Shown piece after piece: positions 1-10,770 of a stretch of 64,000 nt of DNA. Made by a program: the position numbers and the translations under genes. The stretch is taken from assembly GCF_030684315.1 (NCBI RefSeq), contig NC_081354.1:72367222-72431221 (forward strand), given 5' to 3'. This stretch comes from Stegostoma tigrinum (Eukaryota). Numbering within the stretch: position 1 is the stretch's first letter; every line of letters begins with the position of its first letter. Under the pieces are notes generated by a model. The model saw only the letters and a program-made list of their open reading frames with translations, was not told the DNA's origin and searched no databases.

Positions 1-454
1 AAGCTAGTGACATGATATTTAAGTAACACAACTATAGTTCAGTTAGTTGAAGTTTGAGGATTAAGCTGTTAAAGTACATGTGACCGGTAATATAATAAAT
101 AACATGACAAAATATGTTACTGCAGAGTAATTTTTATCTTTGTACAAGTACATCAAAAATGATAAATTTCTCCCATGAGTTACGATCTCATCTCACTGCC
201 AAGTGGCCTGAAACTAAGGTGTAAATACTTGTGTGAGCACTACATAGGGTTAGTGGGATAGCCGCAACTGATACTTCTGGCAAGAGCAATTTTCAATGTT
301 TTTTTCACTTTGTTCTTTCTGATATTTTTAATTCTTTATTATTCTTGAAGTTTTGCTCCACACCTCTTTTTAAATACCTTTCCCTATGTATTTGAGATTG
401 TCATTCTGATTTCTCATCTCCTTAATGCAACAACTCTATTGCTGCAATAGAGTG

Positions 455-780
455 TAAAGAAAATTATTGAAAAAGCAAAAAAAAACTGGTTAAAAATTGA
501 AAATAAACAAAGTGAGACTGCACGGGTGAAGAGAGAGATGGAAAGAACAAACTATAGTAAAAGAAGAATGATAAAGAAAGAGCAAGACACAGAATTGAAG
601 AGAAACGTGAAAAGAGGAAATAAAAGAGGAGAACAGTAGCAAAGTTGGAAAGGAGAAAACATAACAATGAAGGAAAAAGATGAGTGGAGGAGGTTTAATG
701 AGCAAAGCAATGAAAGTAGAGGAAAACAGATGGTGAAAGATGAGCAAGTCTGCAAAATGATGAAAACAGAAGAAAAACAA
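455..780 (+). repeat. Purine (GA)-rich low-complexity tract
   Basis: Strong A/G bias; produces spurious F/L/S-rich ORFs on the - strand. Confidence 0.7.
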
Positions 781-829
781 GATTTGGTTTTTCATGGGGT
801 ATTCAGGCTTACCAGGAATCTCATGTTGT

Positions 830-1155
830 CTTAGAGTCAATGAAAGACTTTTGAAATATTGTGACTGTTGTGGGAAATGTGACAATGTATTTGCACAGAG
901 CATGACGCTCTGATAAATAACAATTTGACATTGTTGAAGTAACTGTTTTTGTCAGGACATCAGTGACTTCATCATGACCCGCTTTTCAGAAAAAATGCCA
1001 TGGGATCTTTTTGCATTACTTGGGGAGGCAGACAGATTTACCATTTCTTCTGACTGTGCAGCACACTCTCTACTGACTGTTGGCCTGGATTTTGTGCAAT
1101 CCTAGCATGGGACATGAATCTGACACAGATCTGTGAGCTATAAATTGAGCCATGA
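830..1155 (-). mobile_element. Ancient Deu-domain-like SINE relic
   Basis: tgccatgggatcttttt..ggcagac..tgactgtgcagcacactc resembles the Deu-SINE core from memory; similar relics at ~30980-31165 and ~58310-58430. Confidence 0.5.
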
Positions 1156-1348
1156 CTGTGACACAAAAAGGCAAGTCAATATTGACATTAGAATTGCATA
1201 AGGCGAGGAATGTACCTGAAATTTGTGTCAGTGTCCTGTGTATGTCAAAGGATCGGGATTTACAGATTATAAACAGGTTCCTCTTTGCACCACCTATTGA
1301 AGAAAATTCCATTGGTCTCTTCAGAAAATGTGGAACAAAAAAATTAAA

Positions 1349-3906
1349 CCGAGATAACAAAGTGTAGAGCTGGATGAACACAGCAGGCCAAGCAGCATCT
1401 TAGGAGCAGGAAAGCTGATGTTTTGGGCCTAGACCCTTCAGCAGAAATGGAGGAGGGGAAGAGGGTTCTGAAATAAATAGGGAGAGAGGGAGAGGCGGAT
1501 CGAAGATGGATAGAGGAGAAGATAGGTGGAGAGGAGACAGATAAGTTAAACAGGCAGGGATGGAACCAGTAAAGGTGAGTGTAGGTGGCGAGGTGGGGAG
1601 GAGGTAGGTCAGCCCAGGGAGGATGGACAAGTCAACGGGGTGGGATGAGGTTAGGAGGTAGGAAATGGGGATGGGGCTTGAGGTGGTAGGAAGTGATAGG
1701 TGAGAGGAAGAACAGGTTAGGGAGGTGGGGACAGGCTGGGCTGGTTTTGGGATGCGGTAGGCGGAGGGGAGATTTTGAAGCTAGTGAAATCCACATTGAT
1801 ACCATTGGGCTGCAGGGTTCCCAAGTAGAATATGAGTTGCAGTTCCTGCAACCTTTGGGTGGCATCGATGTGGCACTGCAGGAAGCCCAGGATGGACATG
1901 TCATCCGAGGAATGGGAGGGGGATTTGAAATGGCTCACAACTGGGAGGTGCAGTTCTTTATTGCGAACCGAGCGTAGGTGATCTGCAAAGTGGTCCCCAA
2001 GCCTCTGCTTGGTTTCCCTGATGTAGAGGAGGCCACAAGGGGTACAGCGGATGCAGTATACCACATTAGCGGATATGCAGGTGAACATCTGCTTGATGTG
2101 GAAAGTCTTTTTGGGGCCTGGGATGGGGCTGAGTTAGGAGGTGTGTGGGCAGATGTAGGACTTCCTGCGGTTGTAGGGAAAAGTGCTGGGTGTGGTGGGG
2201 CTGGAGCGGAGTGTGAAGCAGCCAAGGGAGTCACGGAGAGAGTGGTCCCTCCAGAAGACAGACAAAGGGTGGGGAGGGAAAAATGTCTTTGGCGGTGGTG
2301 TTCGATTGCAGATGGCGGAAGTGTCAGAGGATGATGCGTTGGATCTGGAGGTTGGTGGGGTGGTATGTGAGGAAGAGGAGGATTTTTTTTTAGTTGTTAT
2401 TGCTGGATTGGGGTGTGAGGGATGAGTTGCGGGAAATGCCGGAGACACAGTCGAGGGTGTTCTCGACCACTGTTGTTTGGGGGGTGGGGGGGGGTGCGCG
2501 GGAACGTTGCGGTCTTTGAAAAACGAGGTACAGGAGTGGAATGGCTCATCCTGGGAGCAGATGCGGCGGAGGCAAATGAATTGGGAATCAGGGATGGCAT
2601 TTTTGCAGGAAGGTGCGTGTATACACCTCCTCCCACCCACCTTCCTGCAAAAATGCCATTCCCTATTCCCAATTCCTTCGCCTCCGCCACAGCTGCTCCT
2701 AGTATGAGGTATTCCACTCCCGTACATCACGGATGTCCTTGTTTTTCAAGGACCGCAAACACCACCCCCCCCCGACAGTGGTCGAGAACGCCCTCGACCG
2801 TGTCTGCCTCATGTCCCGCAACTCATCCCTCACACCACGTTCCCGAAATAACAACCAAAAAAAAACCCTCCTCTTCCTCACTTACCACCCCGCCAATCTC
2901 GGGATCCGACGCATCATCCTCCAGATCTTTCGCCATCTGCAATCCGACCCCACCACCAAAGACATTTTTCTCTCCCCGCCCTTGTCTGTTTTCTGGAGGG
3001 ACCACTCTCTCCGTGACGCCCTTGGCTGCTTCACACTCCGCTCCAGCCCCACCACACCCAGCACTTTTCCCTGCAACCGCAGGAAGTGCTACACATCCTC
3101 ACCCCCATCCCAGGCCCCAAGAAGACTTTCCACATCAAACAGATATTGACCTGCACATCTGCTAATGTGGCATACTGCATCCACTGTACCCATTGTGGCC
3201 TCCTGTACATCAGGGAAACCAAGCAGAGGCTTGGTGACCACTTTGCAGAACACCTACGCTCGGTTCGCAATAAACAACTGCACCTCCCAGTCGCGAACCA
3301 TTTCAACTATCCCTCCCATTCCTTAGGTGACATATCTATTCTGGGCCTCCTGCAGTCCCACAACGATGCCACCCGAAAGTTGCAGGATCAGCAACTCATA
3401 TTTCGCGTTGATACCATTGGGCTGCAGGGTTCCCATGTGGATTTCACAAGCTTCAAAATCTCCCCTCCGTCTACCGTATCCCAAAACCAGCCCACGTCAT
3501 TCTCACACTTATTCTTCCTCTCACCTATCCCCTCCTCCCACCTCAAGCTGCACCCCCATTTCCTACCTACTAACCTCATCCCGCCCCCCCCCCCTTCCAT
3601 CCTCCCTGAACTGACCTACCTCCTCCCTAACTCCCCAGCTACACTCACCTTTACTGGCTCCATCCACGCCTCTTTAACTTGTCTGTCTCCTTTCCACCTA
3701 TCTTCTCTATCCATCTTCGATCCACTTGCCCCTCTCTCCCTATTTATTTCAGGACCCTCTTCCCCTCCCCCATTTCTGATGAAGGGTCTACGCCCAAAAC
3801 GTAAGCTTTCCTGCTCCTAAGATGCTGCTTGGCCTGCTGTGTTCATCCAGCGCCACACCTTGTTATCTCGGATTGTCCAGCATCTGCAGTTCCTATTATC
3901 TCTGAT
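1349..3906. mobile_element. PLE insertion 1: ~2.55 kb palindrome of two 5'-truncated arms, tails outward (left arm - strand 1349-~2615, right arm + strand ~2621-3906), degenerate
   Basis: Both arms encode frameshifted RT C-terminus and GIY-YIG (NVVYCIRCTPCGLLYIRETKQRLGDHFADH; ORFs 1717-2088 -, 3086-3820 +). Junction palindrome gtgtatacac 2617-2626. Imperfect TSD ac(a)7tta 1335-1346 vs ac(a)9tta 3907-3920. Confidence 0.95.
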
Positions 3907-6216
3907 ACAAAAAAAAATTAGCCTGCAGTTTACAGACCTGTGCTCACTACTCACCAATATAGACTATGAAAATTGGCCCAAAGAAACAAAGTAAATGAAG
4001 GAAATTCAGAATAGAAGATGAGAGATCAACTGGAAGATTGGTCATAACATTGACAATCAAAGCAGTACCCTGTCTTGCTCTTGTATTCTCACAACTCCCC
4101 TCGTCACAACATGTATTTAAATGATTAACCCAGTTACTGAAATTATCAAATGTATACTCTATCTACATTAAGGTTCAGAATAAAAATTACAATAACCAAT
4201 AACTTTCACCAGCAGTAACATTATTAATAGTGCCTGTTTCCATGCTGTATAACAGTATGACTCTGTTATAGAATCACAAAGATATAAAGCTGATAAGTGC
4301 ACAGTTTGAAATATTAACATAGAAATGTTTACCCTTCCAAATAACTTGATGCACGCACACTCTAACCAGCTAAAGGAAAATTAAAGAAACTTTCACTACA
4401 GAAATAAACTTTGTGGGAAATAAAACACTTTGGACAAATACTTGTTATTAAAAGGAAAAATATGAATTTTTAAAAAAATTTCTTTCAGTCTGACACCCTT
4501 GTACACGTGGATAGATTGCGAGGTATGAACAGTTGCCTTTGGAATCTCTTCAGATGCACTTCATTCAGGAAATGTCAAGATGAAGTCTTTTAGAACCTTA
4601 CCAGTTCAAATAATTGCTTCAGCTATAGAATCCAGACAGCCATAAACTCAAATTTTTAAATTTAAGCAGTTATTTTGAGTCACATAACTTCAAATAAGTA
4701 TTTATTGAGAAACAGTATCCCACAATGTCCTTTTAAGTGAACTTTAAATCAAGGACCAGGAGTCTTCCCCGGTATTTCACATGAACAAATTTTTGCAATG
4801 CTTTAGACATGAGTTCTCAAAAATATTAATAGTTGAAGTGACTCTAGAACAATGCTCAAAGGAGAAAGAACTAAAATGAAGGAAAAGAATAAAAAGCTGA
4901 AGTCATGAATGGGATGTTTTGCAATTTACTTATGGTAAACTATTAGCCTGGGGGATAAGCAGCTAAAAGATTTTGTATGGGTCTAAAATCAGCTTGGAAC
5001 TACTGGATTGGAGAATCTCATTTAAAATGATCAAGAACAACTATTAGTTTGGCAATCCTTAGGCCCTCCCTCGTTGCTTATGTAATTTTAACATGCTTGT
5101 AGGTGTGCCTACATTTTCCTTACCACATTTTTGGTTCTTGAGCCTGTTGAATACTAAACTACCTAATTGAGTGTTACACAGCGTATGAAAAGCTCCAGTC
5201 CAATGTGAAATTGAATTTGAAAGAGTTTCTTGCTGTTTATTGAATAGCTTTCAGACATTTTAAAAAAAACCTTATTATTCGGAACAGTTGAAATTAAGTT
5301 TGAGTTCTATTCTAATATAAACTTGCAAACTTGCATAATCAGTCAGTCAGCAGAACTTTGCATATATATGTTTGCAGTATTGTTCCACCATGTTAGTGCA
5401 CTGCATGATATAGAAAAAATGTCCATACTACAACGCTCCTTTTAAGTCACAGTATTATGCATATATTTTCCATTGTGTAGTCAGGGATGTATTATCTTCA
5501 GTTACTGCAGCACTTATAATCCTCTCAGTGAATTAGACTTAAAAATAGTTTTAATAAGGCAAGTGATTCTGGGTATTGGCTCCCTACTGTCAAACATATA
5601 GTCCCAGGTTTCCTCCAGTTCTTTGGAGCAGAGGGACAATGCATTCTGACGTCCACCTTTGGACAACATACAGTTCCACTGTATCATGAGGGCATTGATG
5701 ACTGCAGGCTCCACTGCTGGAGGTTGATACTGGTCCTGTATTTCTATACCCATGTGTTCCTCATTCTTCATGCAGTGGCTCTCAGTCCAGCAGACATAGA
5801 GGTGATCACAGCTTCTGCACCTATATCCGCTGGGGACAGTTCCAATTAGCTTACATGGGCAAAATCAGTAGAATTATCATTCGGCAGCCACAGCACACAG
5901 AAGTAATACTTGTGCCGCATCCACCAAACATTAGGACCTAGAGGCCGTCCACAAGAAGGCCCTGGGATGCTTCTACAGAATAATGCACATCCTCATCCTG
6001 GTCCAGATCCAGGTGTCTGTTTCTTAAGCCTTTTTGTGCACATTCGGTTCCAGATTGTATGTGTGGCAGCAATAATAAGGAACTCACCTTCATCCCCCCT
6101 TTCCCACAGTATGAAGAAACTTAGCATTACATACAGGATAATTATGTGCATGTTTTGTGGTCCAGGGTGTGAAGTAAACAGATTCTGCATCTTATGTAGG
6201 ATATGGGAGCTTAGAT

Positions 6217-7240
6217 TCATAGAGCCTTGCAGCACAGAGACAGACTCTTTGGACCAACTTGTCCACTCTGACCAGATATCCTAAACTGATCGAGTTCCAT
6301 TTGCCAGCAATTTTTTTGCCCATACCCCTCTGAACTCTTCCTATTCATATATGCATCCAGATGCCTTTTAAATGCAGTAATTGTACCCACACTTTTCACC
6401 TCCTCTGGCAGCTTATTCCATACACACACCACCCTCTGTGTGAAAAAGTTGCTCGTCAGGTTCCTTTTAAATCTTTCCCCTCTCACCTTAAACCTATACC
6501 AGCTAGTTTTGGAATCTCCTACCCTTTGAAAAAGACCTCAGCTGTTCACCCTATTCCTGCCAGTCATGATCTATAAGGACATCTCTCAGCCTCCAACAGA
6601 CAAGGGAAAAAAGCCCCCACCTATTCAGTCTTTCCCTATAGCTTACAACCTCCAATCCCAGCAATGTCCTTATAAAAATCTTTTCTGAATGCTTTCAAAT
6701 TTAACAACATCTTTCCTGTAGCAAGAAGATCAGAGCCAAACACAGTATTCTAACAGTGGTCCCACCAGTGTTCTGTATAGCGCGAATATGATGTCCCAAC
6801 TCTTATTCTCAGTGTACTAACCAATGAAGGCAAGCACCCTAAATGCCTTCTTGACCATCCTGTCTACCTGTGACTCCACTTTCAAGGAACTGTGTACCTA
6901 CACTCTTAGGAGTCTTTGTTCAGCAGCATTTCCTAGGGTCTTGCCATTAACTGGGCAAATCCTGCCCTGGTTTGCCTTACCAAAATGCAGCACCATGCCA
7001 TCAGTCATTCCATGGCCCATTTGTCCATCTGATCACGGTCCTTCTTAACTATCTGATATGGGGGATGTGTTCTGGGTGGGATGCTCTGAGGGTCGGTGTG
7101 GATTTGTTGGGCCAAAGGGCCTGTTTCCATACTGTAGGGATTCTATGTTTCTATGATCCACCACACCACAAATCTTGGCATAATCTGCAAACTTTCTAAC
7201 TATATCTCCTATATTCACATCCAAATGATTTATATAAATG
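6217..7240 (-). mobile_element. CR1-type LINE 3' fragment (RT C-terminus and 3' UTR)
   Basis: ORF 6217-6486 - NFFTQRVVCVWNKLPEEV..FKRHLD; IYINHLD..KFADYAKICGVVD near 7160-7240. Confidence 0.88.
7050..7157 (+). mobile_element. HE1-like SINE 3' part nested in the CR1 fragment
   Basis: gggccaaagggcctgtttccatactgtagggattctatg tail, the same as the SINE at 25246-25528 in opposite orientation. Confidence 0.75.
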
Positions 7241-7499
7241 TCAAAACGTATATGCCGTGATGATGTGGTGAGGCTGGTATTTGTCCGATGCCAAATTCTT
7301 TGGACTAGGCAGATGCTGTCCATTGAGTGTAACCTGATATTACAGACTTCTATTCAAAATGGAGGCCTGGATGAGCAAGCAGCAAGCAAAAATCACTTTT
7401 ACTTTAATATCAGCAATTGCTGTTGTCTAATTAAAGATAATAAAATGTGAGGCTGGATGAACACAGCAGGCCAAGCAGCATCTCAGGAGCACAAAAGCT

Positions 7500-7527
7500 G
7501 ACGTTTCGGGCCTAGATCCTTCATCAG
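7500..7527 (-). ncRNA. Minimal HHR motif, core intact, one stem II mismatch
   Basis: RC CUGAUGAAGGAUCUAGGCCCGAAACGUC. Confidence 0.8.
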
Positions 7528-9543
7528 AGAGGGGGATGGGGTGAGGGTTCTGGAATAAATAGGGAGAGAGGGGGAGGCGGACCGAAGATGGAGAGAAAAG
7601 AAGATAGGTGGAGAGGACAGTATAGGTGGGGAGGTAGGGAGGGGATAGGTCAGTCCAGGGAAGACAGACAGGTCAAGGAGGTGGGAAGAGGTTAGTAGAT
7701 AGGAGATGGAGGTGCGGCTTGGGGTGGGAGGAAGGGATGGGTGAGAGGAAGAACAGGTTAGGGAGGCAGAGACAGGTTGGACTGGTTTGGGATGCAGTGG
7801 GTGGAGGGGAAGAGCTGGGCTGGTTGTGTGGTGCAGTGGGGGAAGGGGAGATTTTGAAGCTGGTGAAGTCCACATTGATACCATTGGGTTGCAGGGTTCC
7901 CAAGCGGAATATGAGTTGCTGTTCCTGCAACCTTCGGGTGGCATCATTGTGGCACTGCAGGAGGCCCATGATAGACATGTCATCTAAAGAATGGGAAGGG
8001 GAGTGGAAATGGTTTGCGACTGGGAGGTACTGTTGTTTATTGTGAACCGAGCGGAGGTGTTCTGCAAAGCGGTCCCCAAGCCTCCGCTTGGTTTCCCCAA
8101 TGTAGAGGAAGCCACACCGGGTACAGTGGATGCAGTATACCACATTGGCAGATGTGCAGGTGAACCTCTGCTTAATGTGGAATGTCATCTTGGGGCCTGG
8201 GATAGGGGTGAGGGAGGAGGCGTGGGGGCAAGTGTAGCATTTCCTGCGGTTGCAGGGGAAGGTGCCAGGTGTGGTGGGGTTGGAGGGCAGTGTGGAGCGA
8301 ACAAGGGAGTCACAGAGAGAGTGGTCTCTCCGGAAAGCAGACAGGGGTGGGGATGGAAAAATGTCTTGGGTGGTGGGGTCGGATCGTAGATGGCGGAAGT
8401 GTTGGAGGATGATGCGTTGTATCCGGAGATTGGTAGGGTGGTGTGTGAGAACGAGGGGGATCCTCTTTGGGCGGTTGTGGCGGGGGCGGGGTGTGAGGGA
8501 TGTGTTGCGGGAAATGCAGGAGACGCGGTCAAGGGCGTTCTCGACCACTGTGGGGGGAAAGTGGCTGTCCTAGAAGAACTTGGACATCTGGGATGTGTGG
8601 GAGTGGAATGCCTCATCGTGGGAGCAGATGCGGCAGAGGCGGAGGAATTGGGAATAGGGGATGGAATTTTTGCAGGAGGGTGGGTGGGAGGAGGTGTATT
8701 CTAGGTAGCTGTGGGAGTTGGTGGGCTTGAAATGGACATCAGTTACAAGCTCTTTGCCTGAGATGGAGACTGAGAGATCCAGGAAGGTGAGGGATGTGCT
8801 GGAAATGGCCCAGGTGAACTGAAGGTTGGGGTGGAAGGTGTTGGTGAAGTGGATGAACTGTTCGATCTCCTCTGGGGAGGAAGAGGTGGCGCCGATACAG
8901 TCATCAATGTAACGGAGGAAGAGGTGGGGTTTGGGGCCTGTGTAGGTGCGGAAGAGGGACTGTTCCACGTAACCTACAAAGAGGTAGGCATAGCTGGGGC
9001 CCATGCGGGTACCCATGGCCACCCCCTTAGTCTGTAGGAAGTGGGAGGAATCGAAAGAGAAGTTGTTGAGGGTGAGGACGAGTTTGGCCAGGCGGATGAG
9101 AGTGTCGGTGGAGGGGGACTGGTCAGGCCTGCGGGACAGGAAGAAGTGGAGGGCCTTGAGGCCATCGGCATGCGGAATGCAGGTGTATAGGGACTGGACG
9201 TCCATGGTGAAAATGACGTGTTGGGGGCCCCCACTGCACCACACAACCAGCCCAGCACTTCCCCTCCACCCACTGCATCCCAAAACCAGTCCAACCTGTC
9301 TCTGCCTCCCTAACCTGTTCTTCCTCTCACCCATCCCTTCCTCCCACCCCAAGCCGCACCTCCATCTCCTACCTACTAACCTCATCCCACCTCCTTGACC
9401 TGTCCGTCTTCCCTGGACTGACCTATCCCCTCCCTACCTCCCCACCTATACTCTCCTCTCCACCTATCTTCTTTTCTCTCCATCTTCGGTCCGCCTCCCC
9501 CTCTCTCCCTATTTATTCCAGAACCCTCACCCCATCCCCCTCT

Positions 9544-9571
9544 CTGATGAAGGGTCTAGGCCCGAAAAGTC
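9544..9571 (+). ncRNA. HHR motif with stem III palindrome broken (GAAAAGUC)
   Basis: ctgatgaagggtctaggcccgaaaagtc; C>A at 9568 relative to the other copies. Confidence 0.7.
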
Positions 9572-10179
9572 AGCTTTTGTGCTCCTGAGATGCTGCTTGG
9601 CCTGCTGTGTTCATCCAGCCTCACATTTTATTATCTTGGATTCTCCAGCATCTGCAGTTCCCATTATCGCTGTTGTCTAATTTCTATCCAGCCTGTCAGA
9701 GAATAGGAAAATGTGTATCAATGAGGATAAGTTATTTACTCGTGTCGAGCAAATTGGTGCAAATAAGCCTGTTCCCATTCACTAGTAAGACTCCTATTGC
9801 ACAGTTGAAAATCTGTTGCAGAATTAAACTTAATTTTCTTCAGATGTTCAGAATCTGATTTCTTCTGATCTCATGTATCCTGAACTCTCTTGCCATTGCC
9901 CATGTCATTTTTGGTCTGGAAGATTCTGCCCCTCATTTTCATATAACATGATATTATGTATTTTGTTTTACCAGGGTTACATCATTATACATGACTAAAT
10001 ATATAATGTAATGTATCTGTGTTTGTGCTTGATTTTAGCCTCATTTGAGGTTTCATGCAATTGTTGAGCCAATTGAATAAAACTAAATCCTTTACAGAAT
10101 CTATGTAAGAATAGAAACAACAAGTAAGTTGTTCAAAGTCAAAGCAGCATGTGTTGGAAATACTCCATAAGACAATGAT

Positions 10180-10770
10180 AAATAGGAACAGAATAACCAT
10201 TTAGCCCCTTGAGCCTGCTCTACCATTCAATAGGATCATGGCTGATCTGACATCCCTCACATCAACTTTCCTGCCTTTTCCCCGTAAACCTTGATACTGC
10301 TACAGATCAAGAATTGACCTAACTCAGCCTTAAATACACACAAGGACTCTGCCGTCACAGCTCTCAGTGGCAAACTGTTCTTCAGACTCTTAACACTCTG
10401 AGAGAAGAAATTCCACATCATCTCAGTCTTAAATTAGCCCTCCTTTATTCTGAGACTATGGCCTTTTGTCCTAGACGCTCCCATGAGTATTTACCCTGTT
10501 ATGCCCATTAAAAATCCTTTCTGTTTCAATGAGATCACCACTCACTCTTATGAACTTCAATGAGTAGAGTTCTGACCTGTTTAGCTTTTGCTCATAAGCA
10601 AATCCTTCCATACCAGGGATCATCCTAGTGAACCTTCTCTGAACTTTCCCCAATGAAACAATATCTTTCCTTAAATCAGAGGGCCAAAACTGCTCACAGC
10701 ACTCCAGATGTGGTCTCAGCAGCATCTTGTACAGGTGTAATAAAACTTCTCAGCTCTTGTACTCCAACCA
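10180..10770 (-). mobile_element. CR1-type LINE 3' fragment
   Basis: ORF 10471-10725 - LLRPHLECCEQFWP..KVQRRFTRMIPGMEG; CR1-like 3' UTR at 10180-10260. Confidence 0.85.

Larger units (their letters stand above)
7433..9668 (-). mobile_element. PLE insertion 2: long - strand arm (7433-9227) plus inverted 441-bp 3'-terminal arm (+ strand 9228-9668)
   Basis: RT motifs MDVQSLYT, KGVAMGTRMGPSYA, LRYIDD, FLDL (ORF 8570-9385 -) and GIY-YIG (ORF 7673-8548 -), one frameshift between them. Perfect 14-bp TSD gctgttgtctaatt at 7419-7432 and 9669-9682. Junction palindrome gggggccccc 9223-9232. Confidence 0.96.

Noticed and set aside
464-903. Hydrophobic ORFs resembling membrane proteins
   Set aside because: Translation of the complement of a purine-rich low-complexity tract.
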